From contig OX597820.1 in the NCBI GenBank assembly GCA_951406725.2, positions 9,300,001 through 9,364,000 of the forward strand: a stretch of 64,000 nt of DNA. The letters run 5' to 3'. Within the stretch, counting starts at the first letter, position 1, and each line of letters opens with the position of its first letter. Shown in pieces: positions 1 to 14,729 of the stretch. The position numbers and the translations under genes are program-made. This DNA is from Octopus vulgaris (Eukaryota). The notes below the pieces were generated by a model. The model searched no databases. It was not told where the DNA came from and saw only the letters and a program-made list of their open reading frames with translations.

Positions 1-443
1 ATGTGTGTGTGTGTATGTGTGTGTGTGTGCCTGCGTTTTTGTGTTTGTGTCTCATTACTGCTTTATAACCGGTGCTCGTTTGTTTATGTCCTCGTAACCT
101 TGTTGTTTAGCAAAGGAGATTCGATAGGATAAGTACTAGACTTAAAAATGAAAGAAAGAAAAAAAGTACTGAAGTCTCTTTGGTCGACTAAAACCCCACG
201 AGTAGTGCCCCAGCTTGGCCGCAGTCCATTGACTGAGTCAAAGAAAATGACGAAAGGAAATATTTCTTCTGTGATATTTGAAGCTGGTGAATTCAATATT
301 TCCTGTCCCTGGCGCGGTGCCGTGTAAAACTAGTGAATAGTGAAGAAATCAATCGACCAGGATATCTCTTCCATGGTCCTTTTATATGACATGACAGGAA
401 ACGTTGTCAGTGATATCATATCTATGTTGGCACTCCGTCGGTT

Positions 444-1083
444 GTGGAGGCGCAATGGCGAAGTGGTTACTCTTTCTTCCTGTTTCTGTTGTACCTGTAT
501 TTCAAATGGCCAGCCTTGTCACAGTCTGTGTCACGCTGAATCTCACCCCAGCAAACTATGTTAAGGGGTACGCGTGTCTGTGGAGTGCTCAGCCACTTAC
601 ACGTGAATTTCACGAGCAGGCTGTTCCGTTCGTCGGATCAACTGGAACCTTCGTCGTCGTAACCGACGAAGTGCCACGATATATACATACATATGTGGAG
701 GGGCAATGGTTCATTGGTTAGGGCAGCAGACTCGTGGTCGTGGGTTTGCGGTTTCGATTCCCAGACCGGGCGTTTTGAGTGCTTATTGAGCGAAAACGCC
801 TAAAGCTCTACAGGACTCCGACAGAGGGTGGTGGCGAACCCTGATGTACTCCTTCACCACAAATTTCTCCCACTCTTTCTTCCAGTTTCTGTTATACCTA
901 TATTTCAAAGGGGCCAGCCTTGTCACACTCTGTGTCACGCTGAATCTCACCCTCGAGAACTACGTTAAGGGGTGCACGTGTCTGTGGAGTGCTCAGCCAC
1001 TTGCACGTTAATTTCACGAGCAGGCTGTTCCGTTGATCGGATCAACAGGAACCCTCGTCGTCGTAAGTGACGGAGTGCCACAA
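444..1083 (+). mobile_element. Two copies of a tRNA-derived SINE (family A; head gtggaggcgcaatgg, tail cgtaaccgacggagtgc)
   Basis: A-box/B-box head (ggtttcgattccc) and the same body and tail as 6097-6480. The first copy is internally deleted. Confidence 0.8.
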
Positions 1084-1087
1084 CGAC

Positions 1088-1385
1088 GACTCCGTCGGTT
1101 ACAACAAGAAGGGTTCGAGTTGATCCGCTCAACGGAACAGCCTGCTCGTGAAATTAACGTGCAAGTGGCTGAGCACTCCACAGTCACATGGTTCTCTGTG
1201 GGAGACTCAGTGTGACGATGAAGGTGACAAAACTGGCCCTTTGAAATGCAGGTACAACTCATTTTTGCCAGGTGAGTGGAATTGAGCAATGTGAAATAGA
1301 GTGTCTTGCTCAAGAGCACAATATACCGTTAGGGAATTGAACTCACGACCGTAAGCCGAATATCCGAACCGCTAAGCCACGCGCT
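1088..1385 (-). mobile_element. SINE with family A tail, tail-to-tail with the preceding copy
   Basis: Reverse complement of the family A tail, plus a B-box-like gagttcaattccc near 1331-1345. Confidence 0.7.
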
Positions 1386-1654
1386 GTGATATCATGATAA
1401 TCCAATGCGTCCCAATCTTTTATCCCTTATATTTTACCTGTTTCAGTCTGATGAAGAGCAATTACCCTGGAACTAGTCCCTGAGTGCTGGCTTTGTTGGG
1501 TAGAGGTGCTTATCTGCCCCGTTTGAAAACCTAAGGACACGGAACGCATGTGTCGCGTAGCCAGCTAGAAGCGGTGTTTCTCGGGGCTAAATAGCAGTAG
1601 CATTCTTCCCTTTCCTGGGACTGTAGCATTAAGTTGGCAACAAACCATCACCTT

Positions 1655-2642
<988 letters not shown>

Positions 2643-2773
2643 GATGGTTTGTTGCCAACTTAATGTCGCAGTCTATTATACTATAATGGAGAACGCTACT
2701 TATTTATTAGTTATGTAACAATTACTAAAAGCACTTAAAGAAAGCAATTATTTAAGGGTTGACCATCTGGAAA

Positions 2774-3167
2774 TCTATATATATAAAACTGTAGTTGTGT
2801 GAGTGTCTGTCCCCTTCGATTTAGATTCCTAAATACTCCCACATTTTGCAGTGCAGTTTCACCAAAAGCGGGTATCTTATAGTCGTGATTCATATCGAGC
2901 CCTTCTGGGTATTAGCGCGCGTGTACGATGAGTCTACGATTTTAAAAATAATTTACCATCATTTTTTTCCATTTTCATGAATATTTTTTTAAAGGGAAGT
3001 AACTCTCTAAAAATGTCTACGAAGAGTCAACGATTTAAAAAAAAATTTACCATCATATTTTTTCCATTTTTAATGCATTTTTTTGCTATCTTTTGGTTAT
3101 AACTCTCTAAAAATGCTGTATAGTTATTTCCCTTACAAACCCGAGCAACGCCGTGCGATACTGCTAG
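2774..3167 (+). mobile_element. Non-autonomous Helitron-like element
   Basis: 5' TC, 3' CTAG preceded by a GC hairpin (cccgagcaacgccgtg), A|T insertion site. Second copy at 39309-39702. Confidence 0.75.
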
Positions 3168-3587
3168 TATTTTTATAAATTCATGTTCTAAGAAATTTCC
3201 TATAATTTTGATTTCTCAAGTTAATTGAATTTTTTAACTCTAATTTCTCGCAAATTTAAATATTTACGGCGTCCAATTCATCACAAATTTAAATATTCAT
3301 TGCATTTACTATGGAGTATTTCATTTTCATTTGAAAAGCCTCTCGCTTTCTCTTTTAAGTTTTAATTCGCTATTAATGTATATCTAATGTAAAAGCATTA
3401 TTTATTGAATTAAATTTTTTTTAAATACCCGTATAATTTTTGAACGCTGGATAGCTGCGAGAAGAGCCTAGAAAGTTGGGTAATTTCTATTAGAAGACGA
3501 GGAGAAAATGAAAGAAAACAAACAGTTACCGACAAGTACTCGAAACTTGCACCGTATTCACTGTTTCCAAACACAACTTCAACAGTG

Positions 3588-3618
<31 letters not shown>

Positions 3619-3686
3619 CACACCACTACACACTCGTGCACGCTCATAGATACACATACACACAAATGGAAGGCAATGAATGTGTA

Positions 3687-3739
<53 letters not shown>

Positions 3740-3781
3740 CTCACTGACAAAACTTCGTGCCGCATCACTTTTGTGAAGTTT

Positions 3782-3829
3782 TGTCAGTGAACAGGTCGCG
3801 GTTTCAAAGCGACGGAAATATTTTGACAC
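3782..3829 (+). ncRNA. Second copy of the G3:C8 hammerhead-like motif (GAAA changed to GGAA)
   Basis: uguca-GUGAACA-g-gucgc-gguuucaaa-gcgac-GGAAAUAUUU-ugaca. Confidence 0.45.
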
Positions 3830-4129
3830 AAATGAAATTTAAATGTTGAAATGAAACTAAGGGTTTTTGTGTGTTCTTGGATGGCTTACAAACATCTTCC
3901 ACGCACCAATTGTTTTTGTTTCAGCACACGATCTCAGATCAGGTCACTTCCTATGCAAGTACATCTCCGTAATTTTTTAAAAATCACTGCGGATAGGTGC
4001 CAGCAATGACCTTCTCAGGCTCTCCAATATTTTAATTTCTAAACAGAAACAATTGCAAAAAATTCATAATTTCTCATATTTTCCTTTTTTTTTATATAGC
4101 ATACAAATGTATTTATGGGGGGGGGGATC

Positions 4130-4917
4130 TATTCTATTCTAGGCACAAGGCCTGAAAATTTTGGGGATGGGGACCAGTATAGATCGACCCCAGTATACAA
4201 CTAGTACTTAATTTATCGACCCCGAAAGAATGAAAAGTAAAGTCGACCTCGGCGGAATTTGAACTCAGAACGTATCGGCAGACAAAATACCTATTTCTTT
4301 ATTACCCACAAGGGGCTAAACACAGAGGGGACAAACAAGGACAGACATAGGTATTAAGTCGATTATATCGACCCCAGTACGTAACTGGTACTTAATTTAT
4401 CGACCCCGAAAGGATGAAAGGCAAAGTCGACCTCGGCGGAATTTGAACTCAGAACGTAACGGCAGACAAAATACCGCTAAGCATTCCGCGCGGCGTGCTA
4501 ACGTTTCTGCCAGTTTGCATAAGCTGTAAATATTCTCTTCTACTCTAGGTACAAGGTCCGAAATTTTGGGGGAGGGAGCCAGTCGATTAGATCGACCCCA
4601 GTACATAACTGGTACTTAATCTATTGACTCGAAAGGATGAAAGGTAAAGTCGACCTCGGCGGAATTTGAAATCAGAACGTAGCGGCAGACGAAATACCTA
4701 TTTCTTTACTGACCACAGGGGGCTAAACACAGAGAGGACAAACAGATTAAGTCGATTATATCGACCCCAGTGCGTAACTGGTACTTATTTCATCGACCCC
4801 TAAAGGATGAAGGGCAAAGTCGACCTCTGTGGAATTTGAACTCAGAACGTATCGGCAAACGAAATACTGCTAAGCATTTTGCCCAGCGTGTTAACGGTTG
4901 TGCCAGCTCGCCGCCTT
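4130..4917 (-). mobile_element. Two Nin-domain SINE (family C) tandem arrays
   Basis: Repeated gcctttcatcctttcggggtcgataaattaagtaccag (Nin-like domain) with tRNA-like head ggcggcgagctggcag. Confidence 0.8.
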
Positions 4918-5283
4918 ATTATCCTTTCTCTCCGTATATATGTACTAGCAGCTAAGCCTGGTTTCACCCGGTCTGTTCGGATGATGTGGCTGTGATCGTT
5001 TTCGGCTAGGCATAATCTATAAGAGCGTTTCTCAACCTTATCATTTCGGGTCCCCTGTTTCTGTTAGAGCTTCCAGCTGTATGAAAATTTCCTGACCCCC
5101 GCCCCACTGTCAGAAAAATAGCTTCAGGAGTTGTGAAGAACGAATTTGTACGTAGTCTGTTTCTGAAAGCTATTCTGTTGAACCTCTGTCTAATCATTAA
5201 AACATTGGGCGATCTTTCGATATGGGAACACACGACTTTCACTTACAAACCACTTATAAATCACGTGTGTTTGTTGGTGGAAG

Positions 5284-5536
5284 CACTCCGTCGGTTACGA
5301 CGACGAGGGTTCCGGTTGATCCGATCAACGGAACAGCCTGCTCGTGGAATTAACGTGTAAGTGGCTGAGCACTCCACAGACACGTGTACCCTTAATGTAG
5401 TTCTCGGGGATATTCAGCGTGACACCGAGAGTGACAAGGCCGGCCCTTTGAAATACAGGTACAACAGAAACAGGAAGTAAGAGTGAGAGAAAGTTGTGGT
5501 AAAAGAGTACAGCAGGGATCACCACCATCCCCTGCC
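5284..5536 (-). mobile_element. SINE family A, 5'-truncated
   Basis: Near-exact reverse complement of 6225-6480. Confidence 0.8.
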
Positions 5537-6096
5537 ACGTGTGTCTAATTACATTTTTGAAGATGATCATCGGTTTCTGTAAAAAAAAATTTTTAATATG
5601 GGGTTGGGTGGAAATGGGATCTTTTGAAGTCGGCGTGAAAGCGAAAGAGACAGAGAGAGCGCCATTGTATGAGTAAAGTCCTTTTGAAGTTGGCGTGAAG
5701 CGGAAGAATTGATATGAGTGCGCGCGTGTGAGTGTGTGTGTTTGATGGGGGGTGTTTGTTGGGGGGGGGGGTGCGAGACAGAATGTGTGGTGTGTATGTG
5801 AATTGTTTTTGTTAGTGTGTGTGAAGAGACAGAGAAGGTAATGTTGCTGTGTGTGTGTGTGTGTGTGTATGTGTGTGTGAGAGAGAAAGAGAGAAAGAGA
5901 CGTTATGTATGTATGTATAAATGGCTTCAGTGACACACACACACACACACGCACACACACGCACGCACGCACGCACGCACGCAGGTTGTTATGTATGTAT
6001 GGCTTTGGCTGACTGTCATCCTGTACTCCCCTTGCTGCTAACGAAATGGTATATGCCGGCTGTGTGAGCAACTGGTTGTTTTCATAGCGGAACATT

Positions 6097-6480
6097 GTGG
6101 AGGCGCAATGGCCCAGTGGTTAGGGCAGCGGACTCGCGGTCATAGGATCGCGGTTTCGATTCCCAGACCGGGCGTTGTGAGTGTTTATTGAGCGAAAACA
6201 CCTAAAGCTCCATGAGTCTCCGGCAGGGATGGTGGTGATCCCTGCTGTACTCTTTCACCACAACTTTCTCTCACTCTTTCTTCCTGTTTCTGTTGTACCT
6301 GTATTTCAAAGGGCCAGCCTTGTCACTCTCGGTGTCACGCTGAATATCCCCGAGAACTACGTTAAGGGTACACGTGTCTGTGGAGTGCTCAGCCACTTAC
6401 ACATTAATTTCATGAGCAGGCTGTTCCGTTGATTCGGATCAACCGGAACCCTCGTCGTCGTAACCGACGGAGTGCTTCCA
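6097..6480 (+). mobile_element. SINE family A, full length, with TSD-like catagcggaaca on both sides
   Basis: tRNA-like head and full tail. catagcggaaca occurs at about 6083-6094 and 6489-6500. Confidence 0.85.
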
Positions 6481-6735
6481 CCATCCATCATAGCGGAACA
6501 AACAGGGGAATTTCATTAGAAAAAAGTTTTCATCGATTTTCCCAGTAACTATGGGGGTTAGGAAAAAAATACAAACCGCATTGCAATCTATGCACCCGTC
6601 TCCACTTATGTGCCGCTTTTCATGCGAATCCACCCAGCCGTTTGGCTGTGAACCTCAAGACAAGGAAGAATACAACGATCGCCCATGTCCAATTTATATT
6701 ATAGAATATTGAGCGAATATGTCATTCATTTTAAG

Positions 6736-7098
6736 CAGGAGTTCTTAACCACTTTTAAAAAAATCTCTGGACCCCTTTGATTGCTGTTCTGTTTTGGTGG
6801 ACCCCCATAGTCATTCGATGCTTATAAACTAGTTTATAAGATATTGCTTTCGAAATTCCTATTTTGTTTTTCTCACATTGACTTGTGCAGATTGAACTCT
6901 TTTCTCTTTCTCTCTTTTACTTGTTTCAGTCATTTGACTGCGGCCATGCTGGAGCACCGCCTTCAGTCGAGCAAATCGACCCCGGGAACCACTCCTTGTA
7001 AGCCCAGTACTTATTCTATCGGTCTCTTTTGCCGAACCGCTAAGTGACGGGGACGTAAACACACCAGTATCGGTTGTCAAGCAATGCTAGGGGGACAA

Positions 7099-7129
<31 letters not shown>

Positions 7130-7506
7130 TACATATATATATATACATATATACGAGAGGCTTCTTTCAGTTTCCGTCTACCAAATCCACTCACAAGGCA
7201 TTGATCGGCCCGGGGCTATAGCAGAAGACACTTGCCCAAGATGCCATGCAGTGGGACTGAACCCGGAACCTTGTGGTTAGTTAGCAAGCTACTTACCACA
7301 CAGCCACTCCTGCGCCTATGTAAAATATTAGAGAAACAAACTCAGCTGTTTCTTGCAATAAATCTAAAGTCAAATGTTTTCATGGGACCTTAAAATACTA
7401 TTTGGGAATCCCCAATTTACTTTATTGTTGCGTGCCCCCCCCCCCCATCGACCAAAATCTTATATGGACCATCAAGGGCAATACAGTGCCAGGTTGAAAA
7501 CCACTG
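6736..7506. mobile_element. hAT (Charlie-like) MITE
   Basis: TIRs caggagttcttaacc / ggttgaaaaccactg and an imperfect 8-bp TSD attttaag / atctaaag. Confidence 0.65.
6897..7317 (-). mobile_element. tRNA/CORE-like SINE (family B) nested in a hAT MITE
   Basis: Head aggagtggctgtgtggtaag...gggttcagtccc, CORE-like tcttgggcaagtgtctt, internal TA/CA microsatellite, tail gaaacaagtaaaagag. Confidence 0.85.
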
Positions 7507-7551
7507 ATCTAAAGATTACTACAAGGTGCGCAACTCTTCTTCCCTTTAAAC

Positions 7552-8243
7552 CAGTGATTCTCAACTGGGGTCGAAATGACCCAGGGGCGGGGGCACCTGA
7601 CCATTGACGGGGCGGGGGTGGGGGGGGATTTAAGATTTTGCTGTTAAAATTTATGAGCAATAAATTGGTTATATAAAATATTTTTTATACAATGCCTTAT
7701 GATATTTTGATATAAAAATGATAGGGCTTTGAAACCTCAAATGGCTATGGGGGTGGAGTCCACTCGAGTAAAATATAAATCTAAGGCAGTGACGGACTGG
7801 CCGGGTTGCCAGGTTGCCCGATGGCAAGTGGGCCCCTGCGCCATTAGAATCCATATATAGGGGCCAATGTTAGTATCTAAGGGGCCTATCCCTTCAAGTC
7901 TGAGAATTTTTTATTCACTCCTGGAAGAATGTATTAATTATTTCAGCCTGGCTGTGTTTGTAGACAGTTGAAAAGAATACTTAACAAAAAAAATTAATAA
8001 ATTGTAATTGCGGGTGGACCCTTTTTGCAGTTGCGGGTGGGCTCCCTTGTAGTTGCCGGTGGGCCCCCTTGTAGTTGCGGGTGGGCTACCTTGTAGTTGC
8101 GGGTGGGCTACCTTGTAGTTGCGGGTGGGCCACCTTGTAGTTGCGGGTGGGCTCCCTTAGTCTCTTGGCAACCAATATTTTCAGACACAGTCCGCTACTG
8201 ATCTGAGGGGTCCTTAGACCAAAAAAATGGTTAAGAACCACTG
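7552..8243. mobile_element. hAT (Charlie-like) MITE with an internal ~19-20 bp minisatellite
   Basis: TIRs cagtgattctcaac / gttaagaaccactg, TSD ctttaaac / cttgaaac, and (ccttgtagttgcgggtggg)n at ~8005-8155. Confidence 0.75.
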
Positions 8244-8324
8244 CTTGAAACAAAGTTATCGAGCAAGAACAAAGATTAAACAACAAAGATTAAATGAAGC
8301 AACCAATGGTTTTCTTTCTGATCA

Positions 8325-8330
8325 TTTATT
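8325..8330 (-). terminator. Possible polyadenylation signal for the ETS gene (would imply a ~3 kb 3'UTR)
   Basis: AATAAA on the minus strand followed by GU/U-rich sequence. Nearer ATTAAA alternatives exist, so this is weak. Confidence 0.25.
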
Positions 8331-9897
8331 AAAGTAGAAGGTAATGGTAGCTTGAGGGTGAATGGGAAGGAAGAACATTTCCTCTGGGTAGCATGCTGGA
8401 TCGAATTCTCAAAATGTGTGAGTCTCATCTGGCAGTGATGTAGTATAAAAGACGAGGAAGTGTAATAAAATATAAAATGTAATCAAAATACCATGTAAAA
8501 AATATAACTAAAAAAATATATATATTTAAAAGATGTTTAAAAAATATATATATTATATAAGAAAAATATATAAACAATATTATGTAAGTAAAATAAATCT
8601 AAAAAAAGTAAACAACATTAAGTAAAATATATATAAAACATGCAAAAAAATATACAATTAAACAAATAACGCACGATATTATCTAAAAAAATGAAAAATA
8701 TTTTGGAATATTCTTCTGGTTCCAACATTTTTGACGGAAGACATTGTTTTCAGTTCATAAGATTTTTGTATAACAAATGTACTCAATACACGTGTCATTA
8801 TTTGTTTAATTAGTGTAATAAATTTAAAAAATAAGAGTAAAATGTGAATATTCTACACAAACACACACGCATATGCATGCACCGCACACATACACACACA
8901 TACACACACACACACACACACGCATCATTATCAGAACTTAAAGAAACGTCCAAATGGCAGCTCGACCAACAAGGAATTGCCAGCAATTTTTCCTCAAATT
9001 GTGCCTCCCGTACAAACACGTCTCTCAACACGTGTTAATGCAATCGAAGAATGACAGAAGCTACCCCTACTTCAAAAAATATGTACGGAGTGCGCTAAAA
9101 CCTCTACATAGAAAAATGATTTATAAAGTCGGTACATTTCGGTTATCTTACCTCCATTAAAAAAATTGGGTTATCTCCCCCCGTTTTACGAGAAATAACG
9201 GTAAATATGAAAACTAAAAGAAAAAAAAACAAAAAATAATGAACATGAAAAGTGAAAAGATTAAACATCTTATCTGAATCTGATAACATTTTTATAACAA
9301 ATCCTACCATTCCTATTGAGGAAGCCAGACGTCAACAATGTGTTTAAGTATTGAATCAAAAGGATTTAAAATCTTTTAATCCAATCTCTTGTCGCCATAT
9401 TATCTCGATTTTTTAGTGGGGAGATAACCCAGTTTTTTAATGGCAATTTTTTTAATGGGGGTGAGATTGCCAAAAAGTACCATAAAGTCTACAAAATACT
9501 CACATGGACTCTACCAAACAACATTTACAAATATTCCAGAAAAACAACATACGACTTACAAGTACAAAAAACTCAAAACAGAAACATCTACAATAGAACC
9601 AGGAAGAATGTTATCATCCTTTGCAACTTTACAAGTCTGTACAGAATAAATTGAACAAGTAAACGTAGCTTATTAAAAAATAAACTATGCAAATATGATA
9701 TAGAAACTTGAAAAATTCACGGACGGCATTCGAAACATCTTTATAAGTAACTAAAGGTTTTTTTTTATCATTACTCATAACATTTATGCAGCAATGTTTT
9801 AGGAAATATCTTTAATATTAGAACACCGGAAAACTCACCGTTCTAAACTACTCTCAAAATGGGGCCGACGGACCCTTTCACAACAATGGTGGTCTTA

Positions 9898-10131
9898 TAT
9901 ATTTCTTTATTGCCCACGAGGGGCTAAACATAGAGGGGACAAACAAGGACAGACAAACGGATTAAGTCGATTATATCGACCCCAGTGCGTAACTGGTACT
10001 TATTTAATCGACCCCCGAAAGGATGAAAGGCAAAGTCGACCTCGGCGGAATTTGAACTCAGAACGTAACGGCAGACGAAATACGGCTACGCATTTCGCCC
10101 GGCGTGCTAACGTTTCTGCCAGCTCGCCGCC
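9898..10131 (-). mobile_element. Nin-domain SINE, single full-length copy between ~92 bp direct repeats
   Basis: Complete head, Nin domain and tail. Flanks 9806-9898 and 10136-10230 are imperfect direct repeats. Confidence 0.85.
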
Positions 10132-10815
10132 ATAGATATCTTTAATACTAGAACACCGGAAAACTCACCAGTCTAAACTACTCTCAAAATGGGGCCGACA
10201 GACGACCCTTTTGCAACAATGATGGTCTTATAGGGTACGCAAACACTTGCGCTCAACGCAAATGATACAGAGAATGACACTAAAAGTGCTGGATGAAAAT
10301 AATACAAGCCACTATAACTCTTCTCTTGTCATCAACTTCTGCTCCTCACAAACATATTCAGAGCAATTCCTAGTTCTATATTTTGTTAAAAACAACAACA
10401 AAGACAATACTGTATAAACAATACAATAAATTATTTATGGATTATGCCGGACCAGCCTAGGCTCCAGTTTCTCTATCAAACTACAATAAACTACAAAGAA
10501 ACCCAAAAAAGATAAACAGCGCCCTGCGCTTTCGCTGTGGGTTATACACAGACACCCCACCCCACCACGTACTACTAACAAAACAAAACAAAACAAAAAA
10601 AAGACTGAAAACGAAAGACTACTGGGTATAGGAAGGGATCAGGTTTGTGACCGCAGCCACTTCATGTCCCGCAATTTCTGTTACCACGTGAACCCCACCC
10701 CTCCAAATACCCGGGTACGGACACCACGTTCCAGACACTAGTACAAAATTAAAACAAACAAAAACACTCTCTCCCCGACACTGCATAGGGAATACACACA
10801 TACGCACACACACAC

Positions 10816-10890
<75 letters not shown>

Positions 10891-11444
10891 TAGTTGCAGC
10901 ATCAATAATTCTCCTGATATGAACACTGTGTTAGGATGCACAGCATCAACACTGTGCGTGGAAAGAAACAGCAACTGTCCAGCTCTGACCAGTCTACACT
11001 TCCCGCCTCTTTTGTGGCCAGCACTATAACATATGGGCGTACATAAATAGGGCAGACTGTAGAGAGAGTGCTATGTTTCTAAACTTCCATGCTGCACGTC
11101 TTGCTGTAGGATGCAGCATGGCTCTTGGCTAGATAACGATGTTATGTAACGGGAAGACGGATTTCTAGATCATACCTCATCGTTCGACCAACGACCTGCG
11201 TGTTATAAGGCTGTTCGATTAGGACTGACATTTACTATTAAACAATAACAATATAAAATATATTTCCTGAAAAATAGGATACCAAACCACTCGCTTTTTT
11301 TTTTTTTTCGATGGCCTTCCTCATCGGAATATCCATCTAGCAAATGGGAAAATATAAATACATATATATATTATATTACTATATATATACATATCAGACA
11401 ATGAAGTCATAACTTGACTTGTGTTTATGAATGATTGTGAAGTT

Positions 11445-12273
11445 CTATGCATTGTTTAGGAACTGTAGCTCTTTGTGGAGATCTTCGAGGAGAGATTGGA
11501 AATTAGAGCTCATGTCAACATCGTAAGACCCATTCTCCTCGCTGTAATCGAAGCGAACAGACGGAAAATGATTCGAGTCGGGGGATAAATCCTTGTAACT
11601 TTGTAACCCTGTGTCAGGCACAATGTATTGATCGTGCCAGTCGTCATTGAGGAGATCTGTAACCTTCTGAGGGTTTGAGAAATCGCTGTCACTGAAAGTG
11701 ATATTCTGAGCTGTTTCGGGACAGTATCGCTTATTCGGCAGAGAATCAGGCAGACATATTTCAGAACTGGAACGTTTTAGTTTCAAACTAAAATCCGAAG
11801 TGTCTGACAGCAAGGAGTCATTGGGCGACAAAGAGCTACAGTTGTCTGAAGCCGATGAACTATTAAAATTTTCTAAGATGGGAATGTCAATATTCGAACT
11901 GTATATGCTATCCGAGCTGTTTACGTTGACCAATTTTTTATAAATTGTCTTATCACAATACCACGATTCAAACGATTTCGAACCCGTTGCTTCAGGGATT
12001 TCGTGTTGAGTGCAACATACATCATAATTGATCGACTCACTACCAACGAAAACCGGTGGGGGATTAAAGATGTCCCCGCTGCGTGTGCTCTCATCGATGA
12101 TGCTCAAAGGGGAGTTTCCGTCGCTGTTGAAAGTTTCTCTATATTTACTTGGGTATTCAAACGATGATTGGTGATGACTGCTCGACTTCATGAATTTGCT
12201 ATCTTTAAAATCTGTGGTAAACTTATAGAGATGTCTGTCAACTTTCAACAATTTGCCTTTGTCGATGTAATAC
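11445..12273 (-). CDS. ETS-domain protein, last coding exon (end of ETS domain YYIDKGKLLKVDRHLYKF plus Ser/Asp-rich C-terminal region)
   Basis: This is the only long non-repetitive ORF in the window (track 11445..12251). Extending it 7 codons upstream reaches a pyrimidine-rich acceptor (ttctcttctgcag|G at 12274/12273). Phase 2 matches the upstream exon and gives ...KLRRAL-G-YYIDKGKLLKVDRHLYKF, which aligns with the ETS consensus KLSRALRYYY...L.YKF. Confidence 0.9.
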
Positions 12274-13205
12274 CTGCAGAAGAGAAATATATAATATTAC
12301 TATTATTGTTTTTGTCGTTGAAAAGAAGTGAATATACTTCAAGGATAAAACTCTCGGAGAATACGTGCAAACAAGGAAAGTAATTGCGAGTCAACGAGGG
12401 AAGCCTGTACATGGTTTCTCGAACTGCTAGGAACAACAGCAAAATCTCCCTCAAGTTACACCTTATCATCATAAAAAAAGGAAGAGCATATTGGGGTATG
12501 TAGACCTAGAGATATGCCCGAAAATATAATCACTTGCTCAGGTGCTGCGCTGTGGGAATGAACTCAAAACCACATGGTTACAAAGTAAGCTTCTTAACCA
12601 CACAGCCATGCGTGCGTCTGCGCATGTAAAGTAATGTAAAGATCAAAGGCGGCGAGCTGGCAGAAATGTTAGCACACCGGGCGAAATGCTTAGCAGTTAT
12701 TTCGTCTGCCGTTACGTTCTGAGTAATATAGCGCAGGTAGCAAGATACACAACGTTGGAAAACCGGTACCCACCCGATACAACTGGCTGCAATCGTCAAT
12801 AACCTGACTTAAGTTTCTTGTGGTATACGTCACTTTTGCTCTTAGGAACACCTAAACCTCATCCAAGCTCTTTGCCTGCCTTTTCTTTTTTTTATTTTTA
12901 ATGTGAGGTATTGTGCTTATATAGCAAATCATATACAAATAACGAAAATCAAAGAGACATCAATTATTTAATATCATTAGTTTGACAGAATCGTTAGCAA
13001 TGTTTCTTCTAGCTTTACGTTCTAAGTGCAAATCCCGCCGAGGTCAACTTTGCCTTATATCCTTTCGGGGTCGATAAAATAAATACCAGTTGTGTACTGG
13101 GGTTGATGCATTCGACTAACCCCCTCCCACAAAATTTCAGGCTTTGTATTTATAGCACAGACGGTTATTATGTTGATACTCAAAAAAGGAAAAAATAGAA
13201 AAAAA

Positions 13206-13240
13206 GTATAACGTTTCAGACATAGTCATTCGTCAGATAT
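13206..13240 (-). ncRNA. Minimal hammerhead-like motif (CUGACGA), sense in an ETS intron
   Basis: auau-CUGACGA-au-gac-uau-guc-u-GAAAC-GUU-auac. Confidence 0.5.
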
Positions 13241-13395
13241 TAGAAGACAGTCCAAGGGGAGATAAGAAAGAGAGGAAAGGAAACGAAACTGAAAGGAGAG
13301 AGTCAACAAAAAACAAACGGGTTAAGTTCACATAATCTAAATTTACAAAAGAAATTGATTAACAAGTAATGAGATTAACAATAAGCACAACTCAC

Positions 13396-13597
13396 CCTAA
13401 AGCCCTTCTTAATTTGTTATGATCCATGCTGAAGTTGTTCTTTTCTCTGCCCCATAAAGTAGCGAGAGTGCTTAAGCAACAAATACGGAACAGTCCTTCA
13501 CTGCGGTTCTCCCATCTGATTATCGCGTTGTTGTCTCTATTATTATCAAGGAGATGCAAGAGAAAGTGAAAGAGTCGCTTCCCATGGCCAGAACCAC
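13396..13597 (-). CDS. ETS-domain protein, exon encoding the core ETS domain (ELF/ESE-like, divergent)
   Basis: Translates to GSGHGKRLFHFLLHLLDNNRDNNAIIRWENRSEGLFRICCLSTLATLWGREKNNFSMDHNKLRRAL, matching the ETS pattern LWxFLLxLL...I.W.....G.F......A.LWG..K....M.Y.KLSRAL. Acceptor is tttttgtttttag|GT and donor is GG|gtgagt. Length is 202 nt, phase 1 to phase 2. Confidence 0.92.
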
Positions 13598-13942
13598 CTA
13601 AAAACAAAAAAAAAACAAAAAAAAAAACCCCGATTATATGGATTGATGTGGTTTTGGTCAACACTGTTTCTGGGCATGTGTGTGTAATTATGAGGAATTA
13701 TGATAAACACGCGGGTGTGTGATTTGTTCTCTGCGTACGTTTCACCATTGTGGATGCTGAGCCACAACGGATCATTAGGGGAGCACTTTGCTGCATTATG
13801 TTATACAGATCTAACGCACTGTGTTACAACGATCATAATTTCTTCTAGAGGAAGCAAAGTGGACGGAAAAAACATTGTATGGAATTCTAAACTGATTAGT
13901 AGCAGTCGTACATCTAACTATACACACAAGATACACTATGAT

Positions 13943-13999
<57 letters not shown>

Positions 14000-14019
14000 C
14001 ATATATATATATATATATG

Positions 14020-14202
<183 letters not shown>

Positions 14203-14372
14203 TTGGACTCTGGTCAACTGAGGATGCGCATTTTATGCAAGCTGTTCTTGGAGCATATTAATACAATATTGCATGTAATCTATGCAGCATTCAGCAATTA
14301 AGAGATGAGAATGATGCGTTGAAACAATTGCAGTATATACATATATACATACACACACACACACATGTATAT

Positions 14373-14409
<37 letters not shown>

Positions 14410-14697
14410 CACACACATATATATACATAATGCCGAACAATAAGAATGAGTGCTCAGCACTGCATTGGTGAAAAGTCAAACCCAAGGGAAGTAATCACTC
14501 AAACGGTGCCATCTAAGAGTACTGCCCCTTGATCTATTGTTTTCTTTACGCGACTTTGTGAATTCTCGAAATTTTTCTCGAGATATTTCGTGTTTTCATC
14601 CAAAATGGTGACGAACACAATTCCTCCATTCGATCGGCTTGAAAAATGGTTAATATATTTAGGTATTTTTTTTAACATGAAACCAATGGTGGCCTTA

Positions 14698-14729
<32 letters not shown>

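Noticed and set aside
6097-6175. tRNA gene
   Set aside because: It has A and B boxes but continues into a SINE body that recurs in the window, so it is a SINE head and not a complete tRNA.
13394-13398. A-to-I editing restoring the ETS arginine
   Set aside because: The codon is genomic GGG; A-to-I editing converts A to G and cannot produce AGG or CGG.
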